From Promethearchaeota archaeon (lineage in GTDB: Archaea; Asgardarchaeota; Lokiarchaeia; Sigyniarchaeales; SOKP01): a DNA stretch of 64,000 bases. The first letter of the stretch is position 1. The number at the start of each line of letters is the position of its first letter. Below, piece after piece: positions 1-10,115 of this stretch. The position numbers and the translations under genes were made by a program. Location of the stretch: NCBI GenBank assembly GCA_019057795.1, contig JAHLWS010000042.1, forward strand, positions 1-64,000, read 5' to 3'. Under the pieces are notes generated by a model. It saw only the letters and a program-made list of their open reading frames with translations, was not told the DNA's origin and did not search any database.

Positions 1-540
1 ACTAGCAAGATATAAAAGCGTTAAAGACAAGCATAGGATCATGTTTGAAACGAGAAGAATTCAAAAGCTAACTAAAAAGCGAAATAACAAAATTAGCGAC
101 CAATTTCACAAAATTTCAAGAAGAATTATTAATTATGCGTCGATAATAATCTTGGAACGATAATTATTGGGTATAATCGATTCTGGAAACAAAAAGTTAA
201 TATGGGGCGGAGAAATAACCAAAGATTCGTTCAGCTACCCTACTTCAAATTGATTTCTCAAATTCAATACAAATCCAAATTAGTAGGAATCGAAGTTATT
301 TTAGAAAAGGAATCTTATACCTCTAAATGCAGTTTTTTAGATAACGAATCGATTCAAAAACACAAAAACTATGCCGGAAAGCGAGTTAATAGAGGGCTAT
401 TTCGAAGCAAGAAAGGAATTGTCATTAACGCCGATGTCAACGCGGGGTATAATATAATTAAGAAAGTAGTCCCAAATGCCGTATCGGTTGATGGGATAGA
501 GGGTGTAGGGTTATACCCGTATTCTATTGCTGTTTTGTAA
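1..540 (+). pseudogene. tnpB: IS200/IS605-family TnpB nuclease, 3' part (truncated by window edge), frameshifted near nt 138-141
   Basis: Frame 2 reads ...KLTKKRNNKISDQFHKISRRIINYA, then frame 1 continues DNNLGTIIIGYNRFWKQKVNMGRRNNQRFVQLPY...ESYTSKCSFLD...INADVNAGYNII. These are TnpB RuvC motifs split over two frames by a 1-nt loss. Confidence 0.85.
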
Positions 541-575
541 TTACAAAATTTAATAGAATAAAATTTTTATTTCAT
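490..575 (+). mobile_element. Putative IS200/IS605 right end / omegaRNA-type hairpins overlapping the tnpB 3' end
   Basis: Hairpin GGGTGTA..TATACCC (501-518) and long hairpin TATTCTATT-n4-TTTTGTAATTACAAAA-n3-AATAGAATA (520-560), at the position expected for the TnpB omegaRNA scaffold. Exact end not determined. Confidence 0.55.
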
Positions 576-595
576 GAAAGGAAATTAAAAATAAC

Positions 596-877
596 TTGGT
601 TAAAGTTGATCTAAATTTATTGAACATATTTGTATTGAAGGTTAAAAAAAATACTATTCAATACGAAGGACACACCGTTGGCGATATTATAACTCAATTT
701 CTTAAAGAGCATAAAAACCTATTAGATGATAGCATCCTATCCAAGAATAAGAAGAAACTAAATCCACTAATGGTCATTTTACTCAACGGCAGAAACATCA
801 CTTACATGAAGAATTATAAAACGAAACTCAAAGAAGGAGACCAACTTTACATATCGTTCCCAATTTCGGGAGGGTAA
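596..877 (+). CDS. MoaD/ThiS/SAMP-Urm1 family ubiquitin-like sulfur carrier
   Basis: 93 aa beta-grasp pattern VILLNGRNI...LKEGD, ending in C-terminal GG (PISGG). Confidence 0.85.
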   Translation: MVKVDLNLLNIFVLKVKKNTIQYEGHTVGDIITQFLKEHKNLLDDSILSKNKKKLNPLMVILLNGRNITYMKNYKTKLKEGDQLYISFPISGG

Positions 878-1001
878 TTTTCTAAATCAAACTTCTAATT
901 TTTACAATGAAAAAAGTAAGTATTTATTAGTTCCTTCTGCTATAAATATTTTGTAGAGTTACTTCCGACATTTTCAATAAAATGCCCATTGAACGATTAT
1001 T

Positions 1002-1934
1002 ATGAAAAAAATAAGCTTTATAGGACTTGATAATGCAGGTAAGACTAGTATTATCACTGTAATTACTAAAAGATTCGGTTTCGAAGAAGAGATTTCGAAA
1101 TTGATGCCTACAAGAAAAATCGCGCGTGATGCTTTCAAATTCTTAGGCGTTGAATTCATAAGAATGGATTTTGGGGGGCAATTACAATACAGAGAAGAAT
1201 ATTTGAAGAACCCAACTAAATATATTAGCGGAACCGACTTAATATTTTATGTTATCGATGCTCAGGATTACGATAGATATGTTGAGACAATAGATTACCT
1301 TGACCAAGTTTTACTCTTCCTAAAAGAAGAACAAGACTACCCTCCAATGTGTATTCTTTTTCATAAATTCGATCCGCAACTTACTAAAGAAAAGGTAATA
1401 AACCAGAGAATTTTGACTATTAAACAAGCATTAACCCGATATTCAAATGATTTTGATATCTTTTTCTTTGAGACTTCAATATACGATATTAAATCAGTAA
1501 TGGATGCTTTTTCAAGCGGGTTATCGTTATTATTTGAAAAAATGGAAATGGTATCTCAATTATTTGCTGAGATGAGTAAAAATTACAATTCGATTATGAT
1601 CGCATTATTTGACTCTAAAGGGATCACAATTGGTGAGTATTATCGGCCACATTTACATTTATTGGAAAAAATGCGGATTTACAATAAATATATGGATGCT
1701 CAAAAAAAAATAATAGCAGAAAACCGGACGCTATTAGAATTCTCAGACAAGTTTGAAAATGGCGATAGATATTCTGGATTGGTAGAAGTATTAAAGTTTG
1801 GGAACTTGGACTTCTATTTACTATTCATTATTGAAGAGGACGAACAGAATTTAGGAGATACTGTAGAAGTGTTAAATAAAATAGAAGCCGCGAAACCACA
1901 AATGGAAAATATAATTCTCCAATTAATACAGTAA
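1002..1934 (+). CDS. Arf/Rag(Gtr)-like small GTPase with C-terminal roadblock/longin-like domain
   Basis: G1 GLDNAGKT, G2 PT, G3 DFGGQ, G4 HKFD, G5 TSI. The HKxD and TSI motifs are Rag-like. About 130 aa C-terminal alpha/beta extension (IALFDSKGITIG). Confidence 0.85.
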   Translation: MKKISFIGLDNAGKTSIITVITKRFGFEEEISKLMPTRKIARDAFKFLGVEFIRMDFGGQLQYREEYLKNPTKYISGTDLIFYVIDAQDYDRYVETIDYLDQVLLFLKEEQDYPPMCILFHKFDPQLTKEKVINQRILTIKQALTRYSNDFDIFFFETSIYDIKSVMDAFSSGLSLLFEKMEMVSQLFAEMSKNYNSIMIALFDSKGITIGEYYRPHLHLLEKMRIYNKYMDAQKKIIAENRTLLEFSDKFENGDRYSGLVEVLKFGNLDFYLLFIIEEDEQNLGDTVEVLNKIEAAKPQMENIILQLIQ

Positions 1935-1945
1935 AAGAAAAAGAC

Positions 1946-3022
1946 TTATTTAATTTTAAATCCCTTAATAAAATCTTTCATCTCTTTCTGAGTTGGAATT
2001 AACTGATTAGTAATTTTGTAAATTGCCGTATATGTAGCAAATTCTACGCATTTACTTAAGATAGCTTTTAATTTTTCGCGATTCTTATTTTTATTTAATT
2101 GATCGAGCATTTCTTTATCTTTAATTAATTCAAATAATTTCGTCAAAAACCCCGCTGCAAAACAATCTCCTGCCCCCGTTCGATCAACAACTTCTTCAAC
2201 TTCTATTCCGGGAAAAAAGACTTCAAAATTATCAGTTCTTGTAAAAGAACCTCCTTTTCCAGCCGTGTAAATTCGAATTTTTGCGTACTTTTTAAATTTT
2301 TCATCGACGTGATCGATTGAAAACGTCCCATTTAATATAGAGTAAGCATCCTTTAAGTTTAAAAAAAATAAATCAAACTTTTGCTTGATTAATCCATCAA
2401 GTTGTTCGATTGATTGAACTTTTTGGGTTTCTATATTAAAAGCGGTTATTAAACCCAATTTAGAACCATTTTCAAACAGTTTTATAAACTTTTTCGCAAT
2501 AGGAGTTGAATATAGTATTTTAGCATTCAAAAAAGCATTATCTTCAATTTCTATTCCTTCGAAGTTCATTTTATTTTTTAAATTAGGAGCTAAATGGATT
2601 TTTGTTGTAAAGTCTGATTTTATAATAGTACTAACTGGTGTAATTTCATCTATTTGAAAAATGTCATCGGTGTTTATGCCTAGTTCATTTAGTTCTGTAA
2701 TCATCCATTCACTTCCTCTTCCAATTACACTAATTAATTTAGTGAAAACCCCAAGCTTGGCGATAAATTCAGCTGAATTGTTACCATTCCCTCCTCTCTT
2801 AAAGTAACAATGCCCCACTATTTTTTTGGGTGTTTCTGAGAACCCTTTTTTAACTATTTTTTCAAATAATTTTCTATTAAGATCATCTGGGTTGAATTTG
2901 ATAAAATCAATTATATTCGTTACTATTTTTTGAACTAATTGCCAATAGAAATCGCTTTCGTAGTATAAATCTTGATGTAATTCTCCTAAAACAACAATAC
3001 CCTTATTCAATTTGTTTTTCAC
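1946..3022 (-). CDS. PfkB/ribokinase family carbohydrate kinase
   Basis: GGNGNN N-terminal motif and DRTGAGDCFAAG PfkB signature. Confidence 0.85.
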   Translation of the reverse strand: MKNKLNKGIVVLGELHQDLYYESDFYWQLVQKIVTNIIDFIKFNPDDLNRKLFEKIVKKGFSETPKKIVGHCYFKRGGNGNNSAEFIAKLGVFTKLISVIGRGSEWMITELNELGINTDDIFQIDEITPVSTIIKSDFTTKIHLAPNLKNKMNFEGIEIEDNAFLNAKILYSTPIAKKFIKLFENGSKLGLITAFNIETQKVQSIEQLDGLIKQKFDLFFLNLKDAYSILNGTFSIDHVDEKFKKYAKIRIYTAGKGGSFTRTDNFEVFFPGIEVEEVVDRTGAGDCFAAGFLTKLFELIKDKEMLDQLNKNKNREKLKAILSKCVEFATYTAIYKITNQLIPTQKEMKDFIKGFKIK

Positions 3023-3045
3023 CCTAATAAATAATAAATAATAAA

Positions 3046-3154
3046 CGCAGATGGAGGGACTCGAACCCCCGAACGCTTACGCGCACCGGCTTTTATGGTA
3101 ATAGTGTATTACATTACTCTCGAAGCCGGCGTCTTACCACTGGACCACATCTGC
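3046..3154 (-). tRNA. tRNA-Ser(CGA) with a 27-nt intron at position 37/38 (intron 3092-3118); CCA not encoded
   Basis: Reverse complement: acceptor GCAGATG/CATCTGC plus discriminator G; D-arm GTCCAGTGGTAAGAC; anticodon stem CCGGC/GCCGG with TT-CGA-G; long variable arm; GGGGG-TTCGAGT-CCCTC T-arm. Confidence 0.92.
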
Positions 3155-3287
3155 TTTAAATTATATGCTTTATTAGGATTAGTCCTAAAAAATATAAATT
3201 ATTTTCTAATAACATTTAGTTTGGATTGAATAAAAGTAAGTGAAGTAAATTAAAAGAATTAATAGCGGAAACAATATAAATCAGAAA

Positions 3288-3587
3288 TTAAGATCTAGGA
3301 ACATAAATCTTTAATTTTAACGTAGGATCTAATAATTTTATTAAGCTTTCTTCTTCGTATTGCTTTAATAGCAGATTTACAGTCGATATTCTTAAATCAT
3401 ACTTTAGAGCTAAGTCAGACGCCAATATAGATTTCCGTTTCGAAAGTGATTCTCTAATTTCCTTTTCTATTGAATTAGGTATAAAAGCATCTCTTTCTAC
3501 AATAGTGATTTGTTTTGATCTTCCGTATTTTCTACGTAAATTTAAAGTTGCTTTTCTGACCACTAACTTTTCTTCCTTTTCAGACAA
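3288..3587 (-). CDS. rps25e: Small-subunit ribosomal protein eS25 (S25e)
   Basis: Basic winged-helix protein (ILASDLALKYDLRISTVNLLLKQYEEESLIK...KIYVP). Likely TTG start at 3587 after an AGGTGA Shine-Dalgarno. Confidence 0.75.
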   Translation of the reverse strand: MSEKEEKLVVRKATLNLRRKYGRSKQITIVERDAFIPNSIEKEIRESLSKRKSILASDLALKYDLRISTVNLLLKQYEEESLIKLLDPTLKLKIYVPRS

Positions 3588-3711
3588 TAGTATCACCTTA
3601 AGAAATTGAAATGTCAAAAATTAAAGCTAATTAAAATATTAAATATTTAAATTCTAATAAAATTTTTGATTTATTCTATAAATTTAAAACTCTTTATCCA
3701 AACCAATTTAA

Positions 3712-4374
3712 TTGATTAAAATCTTAGGCCATTCTAATTTGAACGATAAATATAATTTTAATATTAAAAGAAAAAGACCAGAGGAATTATACGAGAGCGC
3801 ATTAGAATATTTTAAGAATGATACTCTTTCTAGTTATGCCAAGTCTAAATCCATAATGCGTACACAAAGAAAAATTACATTGAGAGCATTAGAAATAATG
3901 GAACTTAAAGAGAATCATTGTTTAATACTTGATGCTGGTTGTGGCCCTGGATTTGTGGCGATTTACCTGAATGAATTAGGACACAAGACAATAGCACTTG
4001 ACATCATTTCAGATTTTCTCAATTTTTACGATATTAAAGGTTTAAATCCCATTCTTGCTGATATGTGTTATCCTCCATTTCAACCAAGCATTTTTGACGC
4101 AATAATTTCCATTTCTGCTTTGCAATGGATCTACAAAGATTCAAATTTAGAAAAAAAGCGTTTAGATTTGATTGGTCTTTTTAAATCGTTTTATAGTATT
4201 CTGAAGCCTAACGGGAAAGCCGTTTTTCAATTTTATCCAAAAAGTAAAGAAATTATGGATGAAATTGGTAAAATTATTACCCAAAACACTCAGTTTAAAG
4301 GGAAATTTATAATTGATAATCCAAATAATCCAAGAAAAAGAAAAATATATTTATTGACGACAAAAGGTTTTTAA
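3712..4374 (+). CDS. Class I SAM methyltransferase, Bud23/WBSCR22-like (putative SSU rRNA m7G methyltransferase)
   Basis: RPEE N-terminal motif, Q..ITLRALE, LDAGCGPG, DAIISISALQW, GKAVFQFYPK and IIDNP..RKRKIYL parallel recalled Bud23 motifs (RPEE, TLRALE, DAAISISAIQW, QFYPK, VVDDP..KKYYL). Confidence 0.75.
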   Translation: MIKILGHSNLNDKYNFNIKRKRPEELYESALEYFKNDTLSSYAKSKSIMRTQRKITLRALEIMELKENHCLILDAGCGPGFVAIYLNELGHKTIALDIISDFLNFYDIKGLNPILADMCYPPFQPSIFDAIISISALQWIYKDSNLEKKRLDLIGLFKSFYSILKPNGKAVFQFYPKSKEIMDEIGKIITQNTQFKGKFIIDNPNNPRKRKIYLLTTKGF

Positions 4375-4562
4375 AGAAAAATTGTGAAACAAGATTGTTT
4401 ATCATTTTTTTACCCACAATAATAATAATAATGCATATTGTTTTATTTTAGTCAAAAGTTAAATATGAAAATTGGTTTCTATATTGTTAAAAATACTTTT
4501 TTTTTAATCTTTAATAAAAAAATCAAATAAAAAAAAATACAAAAAGAAATGGTAGAAATATT

Positions 4563-7500
4563 ATGACAATGAAATTAACGCGAAATACAAAACGACGAAT
4601 ACTAGCTCTTCTTTTAATGTTAATGGTAATAAATATTCCTTTGTATTTCCCAACAAATTATTTGAATTCAAACAATGCTTCTACAACAATAGAAGATCAA
4701 TTGGATTTTGAATCTTTAACATTAAGTAATGATGTTGGGGAAGATCCTTGGAATAATGCATCTTTTCAGTGGAGACAGTGCATAAACATTACTAATCCTG
4801 GTGGATACAATCTAACAGACAATTTTATTAGCATATCTTTTGATTATGCGACATTAGTTGCTGAAGGTAAGATGCAATCTGATTTAGATGATGTGAGAAT
4901 TGCAGAAAACGGTGTTTTAAGAAAGTACTATATTGTTATAGATTATCCTTCAATCAATACGGCAACCGTCTGGTTCGAAACAAATTCTACTGCAGGTTTA
5001 TCTGAATATGATACTTATCTTTATTTTGGTAATGATACAGTAGGGCGTGCCACTAATTATTACATGAGCAATCATCCTGCTGGAACATCTTGGTGGAAAT
5101 TTGAGGAAGGTTCAGGTACAACCGCTATTGATTCTTTAGGGAATTATAATGGAACTTTTCGAGGAGGTCTTCCAACTTACGAAAGCACTGATCCTGCTAT
5201 AGGAGATTGGAACCTTGATTTCGATGGTACAAGTGATTACATATCTATCAATGATAAAGTCTTCGAAGATTCAAATATAATAGACGAAATAACCGTTAGC
5301 GTATGGTTCAAGACGGATTTTACAGGTTCGAGCTATTCTTCTAATTGGGCTTTTGTTGATTTCGACCGATCTGAATACTTTAATTTTTATATAAGAGGTG
5401 ATGATGGGAGGATTGGATTTTCCAGTGCTGCTACAGGATATAGTGGTCAAAATGATTTTTATGGACAAACTCTGGACTTAAACGACGGAGAATGGCATTT
5501 TGCTTGTATCGTTTACGATGGAACAGATAAAATGATATATAGAGATAACGGAGTTATGGATTCTATATGGGAAAACGCAATGGGAGGAAGAGCTTTTGGT
5601 ACCGGCACTACAAGATATGGATTTATTGGTGACGGCTCTGAAGCCTCAACCGATAATGGAGGAAGAAATAATTATTATTACGATGGAGAAATGGACGAAG
5701 TTAGATATTTTGACTATGCGGTTTCACCAAATGAAATTAAATGGTTAGCTAATTATTATCCCTTAACAACAGATTTGCTGGCTGTAACAGAAAGAGCTGC
5801 GACAGTAACAATTATAGTAAAGGACATTGACGGAAGACGCGTTCCAGGAGCTGAAGTCTCCTTATGGGAAAATTTAACACACATATTAAATATTCCCGAT
5901 ATAGGGGCCTTTACACAAAATAGTTCAGCAGACGGAACTGTAGTTTTCAATGGTGTACCGTTTGGAAAATACAACATTACTACTAACTATACATTAAACT
6001 CTGTTACTTACAAAGAAGAATATGTGTATGATAGTAGAACATTAATAGATGGGGAAGTGGAATTTAAAGGATTAATAATAACTCACACTATTTATGTAAA
6101 TCTATGGACAATCGATTTTGAAGTTGATGATTGGGACGGAGATCCATTAAATTATGGATATATTAACATTAATGAAAGTGGACAAGTAATTGAAAAGCTT
6201 ACGCTTGATTTCGATGGAAAAGCAACATTCCGGTGGTTGAATAGCAGTTCTGGTTATAATTACATGCTTTATTACGATAATGCAGATTACTCAACTTACA
6301 ATCCTACTCTCCTAAATTGGAGCACAATAACTCGTAAAGATACTAAAACTACATATTTAATATATGAAGAAAATACTGATGACTCAAGCGCATCAACATA
6401 TTCCGTTAATGTAGATACCTTCCTTTCAGGTTCGAGTTATGCTAATCCAGGTGATATTACAGTAATTGATGCTTCTGTTAATTTAACTAACATGGATAAT
6501 ATGACTCAAGTGAGAATTTGGTATTTAGATGACACAGGTCATAGATTTAAAGAATTAAAAGACTATAGTGGTTTAGCTACTGCTGATACATTTGTATATC
6601 ATCCCAAAGAAGAAGAAACATATGATGTATACGGACTTAGATTAGAGATTGATGGTGAAAATTCAACTACTTGCAATGGTGTTGTTGAAGTGTCTCTTAC
6701 ATATGCATATAACCAGAACATAACAACGCAAATGTCTAAGTTAAATATTACAATTATAGACGACACAGAAACAGTTCCAGTGGAAGGTATAACGGTAAGA
6801 ATAGAAAATAATGAGACAAAAGAACTCGTTGCTGAACTAAAGACCGATGATAATGGTGAAGCTTACGGGCAAATTAATGATGATTTAGTGTTCTGGTATA
6901 AAACGGGTTGGACGTATAATTTCTCATTATGGATCGTTTCACAACAACGCACTTTTAGAGTAAATTATTCTGATCAGTATTTTAATCCTAGCAATTTAGT
7001 CTTTCTTGATTATTATAATTATTCACTCAATTCAGCGTCTTCCCTTATTTTTGAGTTAGATTTGAATTATCAAAATAGAATTTCTGAATTTAAAAATGGA
7101 ACTTTATTTGCAGATGTAGATGTATTATGGGGTCAAAACATGAGCTTTTCTATTAATTTTACGACTTCATTGGATGGAGGTGTTATCTGGGTGGGTGATG
7201 ATGGAGATGGTAGTACTATGACTTGTACTATAAAAAGCACAGAATTTGGGAATCCAACACTTTTTGAGAGCTCAATGACATTTATAGGCGATGGAAATTA
7301 TTCGATCAAAATTAATTCAAGTCAATTTTCGGCAGGAGATTATGGGAAATCATATATCGCTGTAATATCTGGGAGAAAATTATTTTATAATAATCCTCCA
7401 AATGAGGCTTTTATAATCCAGATAAATTCTTTATCGACAGGTATAAGCGTTCATAATTATACTACACTTGCGGAATTACCGTCATATTCAGTTTCACAAT

Positions 7501-10115
7501 ACTTTAATGAACTTATCAATATAACGGTTGAATATTATGATAATATTACTAAAAATGCTTTAACTGCTGAAATAGTTACATATGAATGGGATTATGGTTC
7601 TGGTTCAATTAATGCTGATCCAATAAATCCTGGATATTATACATTTGAACTTGACACTTCCTTAGCAACTAATGTTGGACTTTACAAATTCAAGGTAACT
7701 GCTTCACTCGAGAATCATACTAAAATCGAGGATTTCACGATAGATTTATTTATATTAGAAAGACCTACTACATTAAATGGTAGCAAATCTGTTGTTTATT
7801 TTAGTAAAAATATTTATGCTTTAAATTCTCAAAATTTTACATATGATTATGTGGACAATTTAACTGGTAATGCCATAGCAAATGCAGATGAATTAAGTTA
7901 TTTCTGGCAAAAACTCGATGAAAATAAAAACCCAATTCCAGGAGAAACAGGTTCAGGAAACTTAATTGAAACAATAACTCATAGGTATATATTGAATCTT
8001 CATACAGAACTAATGTCACTTGGAGAATATTTTGTTTACATTACTCTTGAAAAGAATAGTTATGAAATAAGAACGGGGATTATATCTCTGATTATCCAAG
8101 AGCGTCCAACTTTAATTAATGACACAGCATCATTTGGTACAGTTTTCGATTCCATTGATATGTATATAGCTAAAAACTATACGTTTTCATACAAAGATTT
8201 TCAAACGGGTAATGTATTAGAAAACTTAGATAATCAATCTTATAGTTATACAAGTACAAACCCTGCTGACTCAAGCGGACTAGGAACATTATTTTATGAT
8301 TCATTAAATCAAGAATATATTTTAGACTTAGATACAGAGAATAAATTAAATGGCACTTATACCATCTCGGTTAAATTAGATAAAGATAATTACACCACCC
8401 AAGAAGCTACAATTGTTCTCACTATAACCTATAGAGTTATTGATTATAAAACATATTTGAATTTAGTTTCTAGTGATCCTGTGGACCTTCAAACTGATGT
8501 ATATTGGAGAGATAATATTACGATAACATTTCATTTCACTACTGAATATCAATCAGAGGGGGAAGTTTTAGACGATCCTGATAGCGTCTATTTACAAATT
8601 CGTGATGATAATTTGATTCCTATCGGAAATCCAATTAATTTACTTGGATATAAAACAGTTATAGGAGAATATACATTTTCATTCAAAACATCTGAATATG
8701 GTTTAATAGGTGGTAATTCTTACGATCTATTAATAACAGCAGGAAAGACAGATTATACTCTTCCAGATCCATTAGTAATACCTTTTAAAGTGAATAGTGT
8801 ACCAGTAATTCTTAAAGTGGTTGATTACACGACTAATGTTGAGCTTTCTTCTTATAGGATCTCAGAATATTGGAATGTGGCGTTAAATCTAACATTACAA
8901 TTTGTAGAACAAGGTACAGGTGCTCCTATATCAGTAGCTTATGTCACTTTTGATTGGGCATATGGTTCAGGACAAATATTGCCTGATATATCTAAAGGGG
9001 CTGGATATTATTCATTTCTATTTGATACCGGTAATACTACTGAAGTTGGTGCTTTTAGTATTGATTTATTAGCAGTGAAGGTAAATTTCTCTAATGGTAT
9101 TCCAAGTCAAAATTTAATCATAGAGATTATTAACAGACCAACTAGTTTAAATGCAGACACGGGAGTTTTGTATCTATCTCATAACCTTTACTTAAGAGAT
9201 GCTTACAACTTTACATTTGAATATATTGATATTATAACTTCACAACTTTTAGCCAATGCTGATGAATTAAGCTTTGTTTTACAAAAACTTGATGAAAACG
9301 GAGTTCCTATTACTGGTGAGACTATTACAGGAGATTTAATTGAAACAGTAGATCATAAATACATTTTAGACCTTAACACAGAAAATTTAGAGCATGGAGA
9401 GTATTCTATTGTAATAACACTAAACAAGAGAAATCATGCTTTTAGAGTTTCTATTGTCTCATTAACAGTTAATAAGAGACAATTTAGTACAACGTTCTCT
9501 ATAGAGAGCTTGATAGAAATTGGTGCTGGAAACGCTTTGCAATTTCAAATAACGCTAACTGATCCTAATAATAACTCGGTTCCAATTATAGGAGCAAATG
9601 TATATATAATTATTTCGGGTACGAGATATGATTTTACAGATAATGGAGATGGAACTTATTCAGTTAGTATACCAGAAGTATCAGATCCATTCTTCATGCC
9701 TGAAACATATATAGGATATGTCAATATTGAAAAAGTAGATTATACTACTGAATCATCATCGATAACTATTGTAGTTAAAATGAGTGAAATATTTCCAGGT
9801 ATACCGATGTTTTACTTTATTATGATTGTGGGTGCTATAGTTGCTGTTGTTGGAAGTCTTGTTGCTTATAGAATGATTCAACAGGCGAGAATTCCTACTT
9901 TTGTTAAAAAAGTAAGAGAAATGAGCAAGAACATAAAAGGAAGGAAATTTATTTCGGACGCGCTTTTATACCCATCCAAAGAAGAGTACATGGTTAAAAT
10001 ACTAGGAGACAAATGGGAAATGCTTGGTTTATCGTTAGAAGAAATCTTAGGGATCGACGCAAAGAAGGAAATGAAATTGACCGAAGCGAAAAAAATCAAG
10101 GGAGGTGCTGAATAA
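4563..10115 (+). CDS. Large single-pass cell-surface glycoprotein: N-terminal signal/TM, DUF2341-like domain, LamG/concanavalin-like domain, multiple Ig-like repeats, C-terminal TM and ~80 aa cytoplasmic tail
   Basis: WRQCINITN..DLDDVRI (DUF2341-like); WKFEEGSG..LDFDG..WHFACIVYDG..GEMDEVRYFD (LamG); many N-x-S/T sequons; TM IPMFYFIMIVGAIVAVVGSLVAY followed by a basic tail. Confidence 0.8.
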   Translation: MTMKLTRNTKRRILALLLMLMVINIPLYFPTNYLNSNNASTTIEDQLDFESLTLSNDVGEDPWNNASFQWRQCINITNPGGYNLTDNFISISFDYATLVAEGKMQSDLDDVRIAENGVLRKYYIVIDYPSINTATVWFETNSTAGLSEYDTYLYFGNDTVGRATNYYMSNHPAGTSWWKFEEGSGTTAIDSLGNYNGTFRGGLPTYESTDPAIGDWNLDFDGTSDYISINDKVFEDSNIIDEITVSVWFKTDFTGSSYSSNWAFVDFDRSEYFNFYIRGDDGRIGFSSAATGYSGQNDFYGQTLDLNDGEWHFACIVYDGTDKMIYRDNGVMDSIWENAMGGRAFGTGTTRYGFIGDGSEASTDNGGRNNYYYDGEMDEVRYFDYAVSPNEIKWLANYYPLTTDLLAVTERAATVTIIVKDIDGRRVPGAEVSLWENLTHILNIPDIGAFTQNSSADGTVVFNGVPFGKYNITTNYTLNSVTYKEEYVYDSRTLIDGEVEFKGLIITHTIYVNLWTIDFEVDDWDGDPLNYGYININESGQVIEKLTLDFDGKATFRWLNSSSGYNYMLYYDNADYSTYNPTLLNWSTITRKDTKTTYLIYEENTDDSSASTYSVNVDTFLSGSSYANPGDITVIDASVNLTNMDNMTQVRIWYLDDTGHRFKELKDYSGLATADTFVYHPKEEETYDVYGLRLEIDGENSTTCNGVVEVSLTYAYNQNITTQMSKLNITIIDDTETVPVEGITVRIENNETKELVAELKTDDNGEAYGQINDDLVFWYKTGWTYNFSLWIVSQQRTFRVNYSDQYFNPSNLVFLDYYNYSLNSASSLIFELDLNYQNRISEFKNGTLFADVDVLWGQNMSFSINFTTSLDGGVIWVGDDGDGSTMTCTIKSTEFGNPTLFESSMTFIGDGNYSIKINSSQFSAGDYGKSYIAVISGRKLFYNNPPNEAFIIQINSLSTGISVHNYTTLAELPSYSVSQYFNELINITVEYYDNITKNALTAEIVTYEWDYGSGSINADPINPGYYTFELDTSLATNVGLYKFKVTASLENHTKIEDFTIDLFILERPTTLNGSKSVVYFSKNIYALNSQNFTYDYVDNLTGNAIANADELSYFWQKLDENKNPIPGETGSGNLIETITHRYILNLHTELMSLGEYFVYITLEKNSYEIRTGIISLIIQERPTLINDTASFGTVFDSIDMYIAKNYTFSYKDFQTGNVLENLDNQSYSYTSTNPADSSGLGTLFYDSLNQEYILDLDTENKLNGTYTISVKLDKDNYTTQEATIVLTITYRVIDYKTYLNLVSSDPVDLQTDVYWRDNITITFHFTTEYQSEGEVLDDPDSVYLQIRDDNLIPIGNPINLLGYKTVIGEYTFSFKTSEYGLIGGNSYDLLITAGKTDYTLPDPLVIPFKVNSVPVILKVVDYTTNVELSSYRISEYWNVALNLTLQFVEQGTGAPISVAYVTFDWAYGSGQILPDISKGAGYYSFLFDTGNTTEVGAFSIDLLAVKVNFSNGIPSQNLIIEIINRPTSLNADTGVLYLSHNLYLRDAYNFTFEYIDIITSQLLANADELSFVLQKLDENGVPITGETITGDLIETVDHKYILDLNTENLEHGEYSIVITLNKRNHAFRVSIVSLTVNKRQFSTTFSIESLIEIGAGNALQFQITLTDPNNNSVPIIGANVYIIISGTRYDFTDNGDGTYSVSIPEVSDPFFMPETYIGYVNIEKVDYTTESSSITIVVKMSEIFPGIPMFYFIMIVGAIVAVVGSLVAYRMIQQARIPTFVKKVREMSKNIKGRKFISDALLYPSKEEYMVKILGDKWEMLGLSLEEILGIDAKKEMKLTEAKKIKGGAE
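7090..9470 (+). repeat. Internal protein-level duplication of Ig-like domain blocks in the surface protein (~7090-8100 vs ~8470-9470)
   Basis: DVLWGQN/DVYWRDN; YEWDYGSGSI..GYYTFELDT/FDWAYGSGQI..GYYSFLFDT; ERPTTLN..ANADELS..QKLDEN/NRPTSLN..ANADELS..QKLDEN, plus a third ERPTLIN unit. Confidence 0.75.

Noticed and set aside
3025-3188. (TAATAAA)x3 downstream of the tRNA and the TTAGGA-n4-TCCTAA palindrome upstream
   Set aside because: Short and expected by chance in AT-rich DNA; the former is probably just a T-rich terminator on the minus strand.
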